DNA of 62,960 bases, the filler included, from Licmophora abbreviata (taxonomy: Eukaryota): NCBI GenBank assembly GCA_900291995.1. It is 11 parts of 11 records of this genome, joined end to end, with 100 filler letters (N's around TTAATTAATTAA, not from the genome) between each part and the next. Parts side by side here need not be neighbours in the genome. Positions count along the whole stretch, not along the records: positions 36,815 to 50,312 come from OLMU01002387.1; positions 50,413 to 56,197 come from OLMU01002388.1; positions 56,298 to 57,943 come from OLMU01002389.1; 8 more parts are not named here. The stretch is one strand, 5' to 3'. The notes under the pieces are model-generated. The model saw nothing but the letters and a program-made list of their open reading frames with translations, was not told where the DNA came from and did not search any database. This document shows, piece by piece, positions 45,334-56,330 of this stretch (positions are counted from its first letter, which is position 1; each line of letters opens with the position of its first letter). Position numbers and translations under genes: made by a program.

Positions 45334-46822
45334 ATGTCGAAATGGAGGCTGTCAGCCCTGTTTTGGTGTTCAATCGTTGTAGTTTTGGTCTCGTTCGTGA
45401 CGATCGAGGCCATTGAAGTTTCACACCCGAACAAGCTCTCAAACAGCACAGCCCCCCCATTGATTGAGGCAATTGAGCTGCCGGATGCGTTTGAGTATGA
45501 CTGCAGATGCTCACATACACCACCTCCTTCTTCTGGGGCTCGGTTGCTCTTCCTGATTACCGTGCACAATGCTCGCACGGTCGATGACGCCGTATATGCG
45601 TTTCGAGCGCTCCGGTCACCCCACACCATTATACTCATTCACGTCGACAAGAAACTGGACTGGGAAGTTTATCTGAACTCAACCTTGTACAAGGAGATTG
45701 TAGCGTGTCCATGCGGTGCGCAAGTTCAGGTCGAAACGCATTACGATGCGAAGTGGAGCACGTGGAGTATGAATCTGCCGACTCTTTGGGGCATGGAGCT
45801 CGCGAGTACCACGTATGCCGGTCAGTGGGACGTGTTTCTGAATCTGAGTGGGGACACTCTGCCCGTGTATCATGTGGGGGTACTACAGCGTCTGTTTGAA
45901 CCTAGCAATGGCCCTCTGCGGGGCACCAATTTTGTTAGTTCGAGCTCGTGTGAGACAGGGTTCCTGCCCTCCAGTGTTTACATCTTCCCGGAGTATTGGC
46001 ACAAGCGAGGGCATTACACGACGCACCCGAAGGGAGATCCAAACTTAAGTTACACTGACAGTGATGGCGTGAGCAAGACGATTCAGTTACCTACCTACTT
46101 TGGAAGTCAATGGATGGCGTTGTTGCCCGATTTTGTCGAGTATTTGGTGACATCGTTGCAACGCAACACTAGTCTGCCGTCGCTTTACCGCGACTGGCTG
46201 ATTGCGCATCAAAAGCTAATGACGGACGAAACATTCATTCCGACCCTTTTAATGCATGTCAGTCCCTTCAATGAGACTCTTCCACAAATGAATCGTGATG
46301 GCACACTGAAATCGTTACCGTCGATGCAGGCCATTCGGTATGTAAAGCGTCGGTAGGGGATTGGCTTCGTTCTCGTGCGTCTACTCACTCAGTGTTGTCT
46401 CTTGGCTTACTGTCATGCTCAACAGCTACGAACGTATGGACGAGCACGTCCCAACTGCTTTTGGATACTTTCCGACTGAACAGCGATACGAAGTTCCAAA
46501 GTCTTCCGTCGCCGATGTCCCGAAAGCGTGGGGTCCGTACTATCTGGGTGTGTATGATCTTGGGACCATACGAGACAGCGGTGCCTTGTTTGTTCGAAAG
46601 GTCAGCGGAAGCATTGATCCTAACCTTGTACGGCTGCTGCCTGTCGGGGATGCTGACGAGATCCCGGATATTCGTTGGCCAGCCGCGGTGAAACTGAGCG
46701 ACGTGCCGGATTGGGAAGAGACAAAGGCAGGACTGATTCGAAAGGCAAAAGAGAATGAGCGGAAAGAACGGGAGAAACACAAACAGGATCAGAGCAAGCC
46801 TAAAGATGAGCTTCGGTCCTAG
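45334..46822 (+). CDS. GT14 (core-2/I-branching, xylosyltransferase-like) glycosyltransferase; 2 exons
   Basis: LLFLITVH, LIHVDKK, WDVFLNLSGDTLP, YFGSQWMAL, TDETFIPT, LFVRKV; N-terminal signal or anchor. Confidence 0.88.
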
Positions 46823-46833
46823 CTACGAGTACC

Positions 46834-49800
46834 CTATTCTTCTGAACAATCATCTCCGAATTCGAACTCTTCGTCACTGGACTTGTCATCAAACGCGGAT
46901 TCTTCCATCTGCTCATCACATGACCCATCGTTCTCCTCGGATTCCTCTACGACATGGATGAATGTCAGCGTTTTGGAATGGGACCCGGCAATGGTCATGA
47001 GAGGGCGATCACCGGTGGCGGCAAGCTGAGCGTCGTCGGATCCCTCTGTAAAAAAGGATGTCAGCAATGAGAATTGAAAATCTTGGGATGCGCACGAAAA
47101 ACAAGGAACCTACCGTACTCTGGCCATTTGTTACCAAGTTTTCGCTTAGTGTCGCAGGCGCAATCCTCTTTGAGCGTGAAGCAGTCGCGCAACTCCTCCT
47201 TGGTGAACCCAGTTGACTTTGCCTTTTTCGAGGACGACCCGTCGACGGTAAGAGACGCCAAGTTGTCCTTCTGAATCTGGCGTTGAAACACAACTGGAGA
47301 TGGATTGATATGAAGGCGAGGTCAGTACATGATTGTACCAAAAAATCTTTCGTTTCATCTTCAGTAAGCTTACCTTCTTCTATTGTTCCGGTCGAGAAGA
47401 GGCGGTACACATAGCATGGTTTGGTCTGACCCTGTCGGTAGATGCGCGCCATCGCCTGTGCATCGGTTGCCGGGTTGTAGTCAGCGTCGAACATGACTAG
47501 TCGGTTTGCTGTGTGGGAATAAACAGCCGGTGCAAGTGCAGGTTAGAGCAACGCAAGACATGTCGAATATAGCTGAAAATGCTCATGCCGACTCACCACC
47601 AATCATGTTAAGACCACACCCACCGGCCTTCGAGCTCAAGAGAAAAGCGAACGCCTTGTCGGTAGTTGCCCGATTGAAAGAATCCACAGCGGACTGACGA
47701 TCGGACTGGGCCGTACTTCCGTCGAGTCGATGGTACGGCCATTCGCGTGGCTTGAGAATCGTCTCTTCAATCACCGATAGAGCCGACGTGAAGTTAGACA
47801 CAATCACCACCTTGTCGGTGGGACAGAATTTCTTCGTGGCTACTAGAAGGGCAGAAAGGATTTCGAGCTTGCCAGATTGCGACACATCGTCGACGGCGAC
47901 GTTGTCTTTGTCCGTATTTTGCGCCAGCAGCGGATGACAGCAGAGCTTCCGGAGGCTCGTCAGGACAGTCAAGGCTTCCGCCGTTGCTCCACCGTCTCTC
48001 GCCACATTCCTACTACCACGATTGGCAATTCTTCGGTACATTTCACATTGCACTCGGGAAGGTCGGCAAAATAGTAAAAGCTCGTGTCGTGGAGGCAGCG
48101 TCAACTGGAGTATATCTTTCTGGAGTCGTCGAAGCATAAAGGCACTGGTGATGGCGTCGAGCTTTTTCGACTGCTCGTGGCCGCGGGCGCGCTGCTCCCG
48201 GGTGGCCGTCTTCGAGTTGGCTGCTGCAATGGGGCGCTCGTATACTGATGGTTCAAGACACGAGGGTGAAGCAGAAAAGTGGTTGGATGCAATCAAAAAG
48301 CCGACATACAACAACAACAACAACAAAATAGCCAATCTTTGACTCAACTCTAGAGTCGTCCACTCACCTCGACGAAAGGTAGCTAGGTCTCCGAGGATCC
48401 CAGGACAGACAAAGTTGGCGACGGTATGAAACTCGGTCAGATTGTTTTGAATCGGCGTCCCGGTGATGCTGAGTCTCGCGTGACACTGCAGCTGCTGCAG
48501 GGCCGTCAGAGTGAGCGATCCAGCACTGTTCTTGAGCTTGTGTCCCTCATCGACCACCAACAAGCCAATCTGTTTGGCGTGTTGGAGAAGACTTGCGTTT
48601 CTGCGAAACAAGTCATAGGAAATAATCAAGACTGTGTGTTTGTGTGTATATATAGCAGACAATTGCGTAGAATGAAATAGACACGCGAGAGGATGTGAGT
48701 GTATCGTGAGTGCGACCGTGTGTAGTAGTAGACCTTGCAGCATGTCAAACACGCAACGATACGCACCTTCCGCAAGACGCGGCTTGACGGTACAGAATGC
48801 CTGAATCTGTTGGACCCCCTCCTGTCCACCCTTCTGAACAACGACACGCTTCGGCTGACTGGCTCTTGTAATCCACTTGTCAAACTCCTTAGTCCAATTG
48901 GTCGTGAGTGAGGAGGGACACACGACAATGAATCTATGAGTAGGATTGCGACGGTGCATGGCAAAGATGAGGCAAATGGTCATGAGCGTCTTTCCGAGGC
49001 CCATTTGATCGGCGAGGATGGCACCGCGCATGACGTCGGCCGCCTCTTCGTGTCGTTGCTCTGCAAGAATGCGCTCAAGGTCTTCCGACTGTCCCGTAAG
49101 ACAGTTCCAGAGAAAGTGGACGCCCTGGACTTGATGCGGCTGGAGTGATTTCTGAACAGAAGGTGGTAGGATGATTGTAGTATCTCTAGAAGTGTTGGTG
49201 TCAAGCGACGTTCGCTTGGACGTGTTGTGGACAAGAGAAGAAGAAGAAGAAGAAGAAGTGCGTTTGCGTTTGGGGGGAACGAAGCGTCGTAGTGGTGGTC
49301 GATGTTTCACCAGCATTTGTTGTTGTTGTTGTTGTTGTTGTTGTTTGGAAGAAAGGTGACGGTTGGACACAGTGGACCGTATTGCAATAGTCGTAGGACC
49401 AGTCTCATCATCGTCGCTTGTATCATCGCTCTTGGAGACTTCGAATGAGCGTCGTTTCGGCTGTGTTGGTGGCTTTCGTGCAGTGAAAGAAGACGAGCTC
49501 ATCCTACTAGTATTACTAGTACTAGTATTACTAGTAGTACCGAGCCCACGACGTGGCTGTTTCGACACAAGTGCAGGCCGCAGAGGAGGACGTTTGTTTT
49601 TTGTAGTAGAAGCAGCAGCAGCAGCAGTAGTAGGGACTTTGGAGGCCTTGGTGCCGGTCCGAGTCTCATCGTGATTGCCATGGTTTTCTTCCTCGCCGAC
49701 GATGTTTCCAATCTGACAGTCGTAGGGACCCAGGGAGACGACGTCATCGACCTGCAAACGACGGGGTGACGCAAAGGCTCGTTTGGTGGCGTCTCGATGA

Positions 49801-49997
49801 ACTCCAGAAAAGACAGGCACGACTCTGTCCGTTTCATCGTCACGGATCGGACGGAGCGTGGCGTGGCACGAGGGAGGCGGAGATAGGACTAGAATCCCGT
49901 CCATTTTGACGGCAGTTTTGCTCTGCTTCTTCTGCACCTTATTACTTCTCTTGTAGTAGAGGACCTCGTACGAACGAGGCGGTGCTAGAGAGGTCAT
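46834..49997 (-). CDS. RAD54: RAD54/RAD54B SNF2-family DNA translocase; 6 exons
   Basis: [111 protein letters not shown]. Confidence 0.92.
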
Positions 49998-50172
49998 TGT
50001 AAGAATGAAGAAGGATATGATACCCTGATGGCCATCACAGACGACTCCTGTTGCAAGTATGATCGAGGAGTGATGATGTACGAGACTATGCATATGCGCG
50101 CTATGTAAGTGTTGGTGGTGTGAGAATGGCGCGCCGCGCACATTCGCGCGTTCCAAACATCCTCACGGCAAG

Positions 50173-50184
50173 TTTGGCGCCAAA
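50173..50184. promoter_or_regulatory. Palindromic double E2F-type site TTTGGCGCCAAA upstream of RAD54
   Basis: Perfect 12-bp palindrome 176 nt upstream of the RAD54 ATG. Confidence 0.5.
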
Positions 50185-50412
50185 CGAAAGCGACACTCAC
50201 ACACACACACATCCATGAGCACAGCATCCGCACACTATACTTCTCATTCTATAGTACCAAACGCAAGATAAGACCAGTCTGTGTGGCCATTCTCGTGTCC
50301 CACCATGCCTCCNNNNNNNNNNNNNNNNNNNNNNNNNNNNNNNNNNNNNNNNNNNNTTAATTAATTAANNNNNNNNNNNNNNNNNNNNNNNNNNNNNNNN
50401 NNNNNNNNNNNN

Positions 50413-52581
50413 TCAGAAGCAGCAGCAGCAGCAACACCGAACGCCATGAATGAGGTACGCAAGACGAACAAGATTCGTTGTCGCTACGGTGCCCGTTGTC
50501 AAAACCAGAATTGCAAGTACAAGCATCTTGCAGGTGAAAAGAAGAAGAAGAAGAACAGTGTCACGACGAATGATACCAAAACGACTGCTACTACCACGAC
50601 CACTACTACGAATCACAACACGGCCCCGTCCTCTGCTGCAGCTGCCGATCACATTGACTGGAATGGTCTTGACAACGACAACGACAATGACAATGACTTG
50701 GCATGCAGAGTGTTCTTGACGTCTCAAGAGGAACAGCGTCGTCATGAGATGGAACTACAACGTATTCAAGAACTCTTACACGCCGAAGAAGAGAAACACC
50801 TTGCTGCAATGGATTACATTCAACAACAACAACAACAACGAGAGAAAAAGAAACAGCAAGAAAAGATGCAGCGTGACAATAAGGAACAGAAAAAGCAAGA
50901 GGAAGGTCGTCGTTTGCAGCAAGAAGAAAGAAAGCGGCAAACGCGCACGGAGGAGAGAAAGCGTCTTGGTATCCACAAGAACGACGACGAGCGGCAAACG
51001 AAGAATCGTGCAGCAGCAAAAGAGCACGTTCGCAAGCAGCAAGAACTTCGTCGACTACAAGAAGACAACGAAAAGGAGCAGGTCGAAAGGCGTCGCCTTG
51101 CAAAGGAAGCGGAGGAGCAGCGCATCATGATGGAGGCGGAGGCAGAGCGAAAGGAAAAAGACGAGCGTGCTGTGCGTGAACAGCAAGCCCGTGAGGAAGA
51201 AGAAGAGCGTCAGAAGAAGATTCGATGGCAGGAGGAGATTCGACGCCAAAAGGCAGCAGCCGAAGCCAAGAAGAAGGAAAGGCTCGATAGAAAGGCCAGG
51301 CGTCACCAGCGTTTCCTTGAAGAAGAAGAGAAGAAGGAGCAAGTGCGTGCCGAGCATTGGAAGTCCTTTGTGGAATGTGAACTCGCCTATACAAAGCTTA
51401 TTGCAGACCTGTGTGCCGCGGAGTTTGTCCGCCAAGTCAAAAAACTCCCCAAGGGTAATTCCTTCTTGGAATGGACACAAGTTGCGGAAGAAGCGTCTGA
51501 AAAACTACTAGCTGCCGCCCAAACGGTCTATCAGAGTCTATTCACCAAGCATGAACCGATTCGAGTCGAGATTGCTGGGTTCAACCAGGATCTCAACGGA
51601 CGCAAGGGTACCATCCGTCATTGGGAATCGTCCAAGGACAAGTTTTGCGTCGATCTCGATACCCGACAGAACAAGCAGCCACAGGCCATGTTCTTCAAGC
51701 CCGAGCACTTGGAGCCTTCCGTTTCCTCTGCCCCGCAGAAGAAAGGAAAGTTTCGCGAAGAACCTGTCAGCTACATCGACGTTCCCGATCTCTGGAATGG
51801 TTTCGACCTCCGCTATTGTCTTGTCGAAAAGGAGATGATATTGAAGATGAGGGAACTGGAGTCGATCTCTGAGTGCTTGGAGGCGCTCATGACCAAACGC
51901 GACTTAGAAGAGAAACAGCGCCAGGAGCAGGAGGAAATGTGGCGACGCCAAGAAGAGGAAGCGAAGAAACGCCGTGCGGAGCAGCGTCGTGAGGAGGAAG
52001 AAGAGTATGAGAAACGCCGCAGACATTTCGAAGAACACAAGCATGAGTACAAACAGTGGAAGAAGGACCGGCGCAGGGCTGCTAAGAGCTTTGGATTCAA
52101 AGGCTTTGGAGGCCTGGATCCTTTCGGTGTTGGTGACCGTGGGATGGGTGGGTTTGGAAGTCCTAACCTTAGCGGCTCTGGGCACCGCGGTGGCATGTGC
52201 AACTGTCAAGAGTGTCGGCTCAATCGTGAGCTTCACGATCCGTCTCTTCGAGAAGTTTTTCTCCGGTGTCTTTGGCGAGTTTGACGACGACGATGATGAG
52301 TATGATTCCGACGACTGGGATCGCCGTTGGTCTCGTGCCGAAGAGAGGAGCGCGGAGAGAAAAACGCAGAGTATGCCGACCTCCTTGGTGTCGACGAAGA
52401 CGCTCCTCGGGATGTCATCAAGCGCGAGTACCGTCGCAAGGCCCTGAAGTTCCATCCGGACAAATACAAGGCCGAGAACCACGAAGACGGTATGACCAAG
52501 GGCGACGCTGAAGAGCACTTCAAGCACCTCACAAATGCGTACGATCACTTGATGAGTTCCTTCGATGATACGAACGACTGA
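50413..52581 (+). CDS. CCCH zinc finger, coiled coil, SH3/KOW-like module and C-terminal DnaJ domain; two apparent frameshifts at ~52240 and ~52345; start may be ATG 50305 before the gap
   Basis: CRYGARCQNQNCKYKH; long E/K/R helix; LNGRKGTI..FCVDL..KPEHL; YADLLGV..YRRKALKFHPDK..FKHLTNAYDHL. Confidence 0.75.
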
Positions 52582-52805
52582 GCGCTCTGGTACCATGGGA
52601 CTTGATTGTAAGCACAGTAGCTCAGGGAAGATCCAGCAATGCGTCAACCATGAACTTCATAGCGGAAGTACGCTAAACCGTCGAGCAAAACAGCCGACAC
52701 TGTAGAGAGACCGGACCCAATCCGTACCCCGAAACCCTTTCAAATCTAGGAGACAACGTTTTTTGCAAATTCGTACTACTCATTGGAACATGCATGCCAT
52801 ACAAT

Positions 52806-55658
52806 TTACTCTTCCTCTTCTTCGAAATATTCCTCCTCAATGCCATCATCGTTCTCTTCATCGTCCTCCTCCTCCAACCAATTGAACCAGTCTATAGTCT
52901 GGATTATGGCCTTCATCTTGCCCGTCTCGTGTTCATCCGACTCATCATCCTTCCACTCAGAAAACGCTTCATCGCCAGCAAGATCGAACTTGTACATGGC
53001 TCTGAACATGCTCTGAACCAAGTACTCGTCATTAAGCTTGGGGAATCCAAGCGTGTCGCAGTACTGAACGGAAGGGAGAGAAACGAGCAAAAACGTTAGG
53101 TGTACAGATCCCAACAAGAGTTGAAAAATCGATGCAATCGATTACATACCATCTGAACGCCCCACAGAACCTGCATTTGTGCGTTCAAGTCGTCTTCCAC
53201 CAGAGACAACAACGCGGCGCCATATTTGGCGACATCGGCCCATGCACATTCGGGATCCGGATTTTTCTTCTCAGTTTCAGTCAGCAGGTGAAGAACGAGC
53301 TTTTCAACTGGGGGCAAGATTGCTCCTTGTTCAGTGCACCATGTCTTGAGATCCTCACCAAGCATTTTTCCACCGGAAAACTCAGTCAACATATCATGTT
53401 GGGCCTGAAGCGTGTTTGCCGCTTCTACAGCTGCGGCCTCCGCTGCAGCAGTGGAGGTAGCTTCTTCCTCTGCCCCCTTCGCGACCGGCTCAGGTTCCCT
53501 TTCTGCCCTGGTCTTGGTGGGAGGCTGCAATACGTTGTCAACGTGCGCTGGAGCAGCAGGCGCTTTCAGAATGTTGTCCGACACGACCGGAGCTGATGGC
53601 TTGAGAAGATCGTCTACCCGACTCTTCGGTTCACGGCGGGCGCCACCGCGACTGTCACGATCACCATGACGGTCGTAGCCCTCGTCCCGGTCACGGCCAT
53701 AACGCTGATCACCACCCCATCCATCACGGTCGCGACCAAAGTCACGACGATCGCTTCTTTCGTAGCCATCGCGTCCACCACGGTCGTCGTATCGACCACG
53801 GGCACCCCGGTCGTCGTCGTAGCGACCACCGCTCTCCATACGGTCCTGTCCGTACCGCGAGCCTCCGGGCACATAATCTGGATCGGAAGCAGCTGCAGCC
53901 GCAAAGCGAGAGTTCTGAGGAGGTCCTTCATTCCGATCATCGCCCCCAAGACGCGAACCACCGGGCACATAATCCGGATCAGCTGCAGCCGCGGCCGCAA
54001 AGCGAGAATTCGTCGGCTGAGGTGGACCCATATCTTCGTCACGACGGTATCCGCCGCCACCCCCGTGACGACGCTCATCAAAGTCCATTTGTTCACGCTC
54101 TGCCTCCATCGCAGCAGCTGCAAAGCGAGAGTTCGTCACAGCCGGAGGAGGACCACGAGGCTGCATATACGCTCGTTCCTCTCGATCTGCGTCTGCAGCG
54201 GCGGCAAAGCGAGAGCTTTGAACTTCCGGCGGTCGGTCGGCCTCAGCGGCAGCCGCAAAGCGCGAATTCTGCACAAGAGGAGGGCCTCGCTCGTCGCGAT
54301 CGTCACGATATGACCGGTCCGCATCTGCGGCCGCCGCAAATCGTGAGTTGGCGACCTCAGGCGGCCCTGCGTCGCGACGCCGGTCCGCCCTCTTTTCACG
54401 CTCCTCATCCGCCATCACTTCAAAGCGTTTATTCACCACAGGCGGGGGGCCCTGGTCACGACCACCACGCCGAGGTTCACGCTGTTGACGAACGACGAGG
54501 GGACAATACTTGCGTTAATAAATGGACTCACAGTAGACGAGATGTATAGAGCAAAGCGACCAGCATCATGCTTACCTCATTGCGAAGCTCAGCATGCTTT
54601 ACATTTGGAGCAGATTCCAAGGCAGCCGCTCTTGCATTGACAACCTTAGGCTCACGTCGACGTTTCTCGTCACGATTCGTGCGCTTCTTTTTGCCATCTT
54701 TCACGGCTTCCTCCTTGTCTTCTGTTTTCTCTTCCTCATTTTGCTGCGGGCTTTCTGGTTCAGCTGCAGTCTTTTCTTCTGACATCCGATTTTCCGGAGG
54801 TTTTTCCTCTGGAACTATTTCCTCATTCTTTGGGGACTCAGACTTCTCAGATGACGACACCTTCTCCTTAAGATCGAGAGCTTTCATCTTGGAAGCAGTG
54901 TCAACAGCAGTAGCCGACCCAAAAGGATTCGCCTTGGGCTTGGAAGCGACAAGCTTCGCCTTGGGTTCGGAAGCAGCCGGTTTCACTTCCGCTGTTTTCA
55001 TTTCAGCCTTCACAGGTTCAGGAGGGGGCGCGGTGCGCCTCTGTAGATTCAAGCGCGGACGGTCACCTGACGGTGGTGCACTGGAGCGAGAGATGCCTTC
55101 ATCACGGTCAAAACCACGACCCCGCTCGAAGCCCCCTCCTTGATCACTTCCGTAGCGGTCGCGGTCACCGAATCCTCCTCGATCGCCTCCATAGCCATCG
55201 CGATTACCAAAGCCACCACCGCGATCACGATCACCGAAGCCGCCTCCACGGTCGCGACCACCGAACCCGCCGTCGCGATCTCCCCCACGGTCTCCGAAGC
55301 CACCGCCACGATCCCCTTCATATCGATCCCGGCCTCCAAAACTACGACCGCCACCTCGGTCTCCACCGTATCGATCGCCCCCACCATATCCATCGCGGTC
55401 ACGATCGCCGTATCCTCCTCCAAATCCTCCACCACCTCGATCACTGCCACCCGATGGACCTCCCCCGCGCCTCCAGCTGGAATCCGCCTCGGAACGCGAG
55501 GGTTCGTAGTCTGGATCGTCATCACGACGCGTACGACGGCGGAATGAGCCATCGTCGTCGGCTGCACGCTCCTTGGGAGCCGAAGGCAGCATGCTAAGCT
55601 CGGTCTTGGGAGCGCCGCCCATGAATTCCGCCATGGACATTTTCTTGCCCTTGCCCAT
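52806..55658 (-). CDS. eIF4B-like low-complexity translation factor with C-terminal W2 domain; 3 exons
   Basis: [21 protein letters not shown] region, [23 protein letters not shown] (eIF4B-type motifs); C-terminal [31 protein letters not shown] (W2 acidic/aromatic boxes). Confidence 0.75.
53860..54445 (-). repeat. Coding repeats [13 protein letters not shown] (6 clear copies plus 1 degenerate)
   Basis: Copies are visible in the translation, and in DNA as recurring GCAAAGCGAGA-like units on the + strand. Confidence 0.9.
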
Positions 55659-56330
55659 CGTAATGCGTGCTTTTGTCTGGTTCGTGCTTTGGAATTCGAA
55701 ACGTGAGCAGGAACAAACAGGCTTGGGGTTCCTTTTAACCTTGGATTCGCTATGCGTTCAGACTTGTTCAATCACTGAGTATCAACCACCACGCTGAGAA
55801 GAGTGGACGTTGGTGAATGAACTGCAGCAACCAAACCTGAGGCAACGGTGTCGTCCTCCTCGATGAGACAGTTTGTGTCGTCGCGAGAAATTGGCGCGTT
55901 TCTGAAAGATGCGTGTGAGCTACGTTGACGTTGGATTGTGTGGCTCTGGAGGCAATCAGTCGGTGACGGTGGAGGGATTCCTGATTCTGAAAGAGATTTG
56001 ACTTAGTTTATGACAGAGTCGTATACTTATCATACGGTGTCTTGCTGATGTCCTTCAATTAAATGCTCGAGACATTTCCAAGACATGCAACCGCTCACGG
56101 AATAGGTCCGCGAAGCATCGAAACGCAGAAGATTGTGAATGTTGCTTGAGATGAGGCTCACACGACTTGGATGTTCCGACACGACTTGGAAGCCTATNNN
56201 NNNNNNNNNNNNNNNNNNNNNNNNNNNNNNNNNNNNNNNNNTTAATTAATTAANNNNNNNNNNNNNNNNNNNNNNNNNNNNNNNNNNNNNNNNNNNNGTA
56301 TAGCCGTCTCGCAAACTGAATAAACTTGCC

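Noticed and set aside
49317..49344. (GTT)n, (GAA)n, (CT)n and (GAC/GAT)n microsatellites here and at ~13095, ~31957, ~61550 and ~62130
   Set aside because: Ordinary simple repeats, mostly encoding poly-Q/S/D tracts.
56160..56190. ACACGACTTGGA tandem duplicate
   Set aside because: Only two copies at a contig end; no array or element can be supported.
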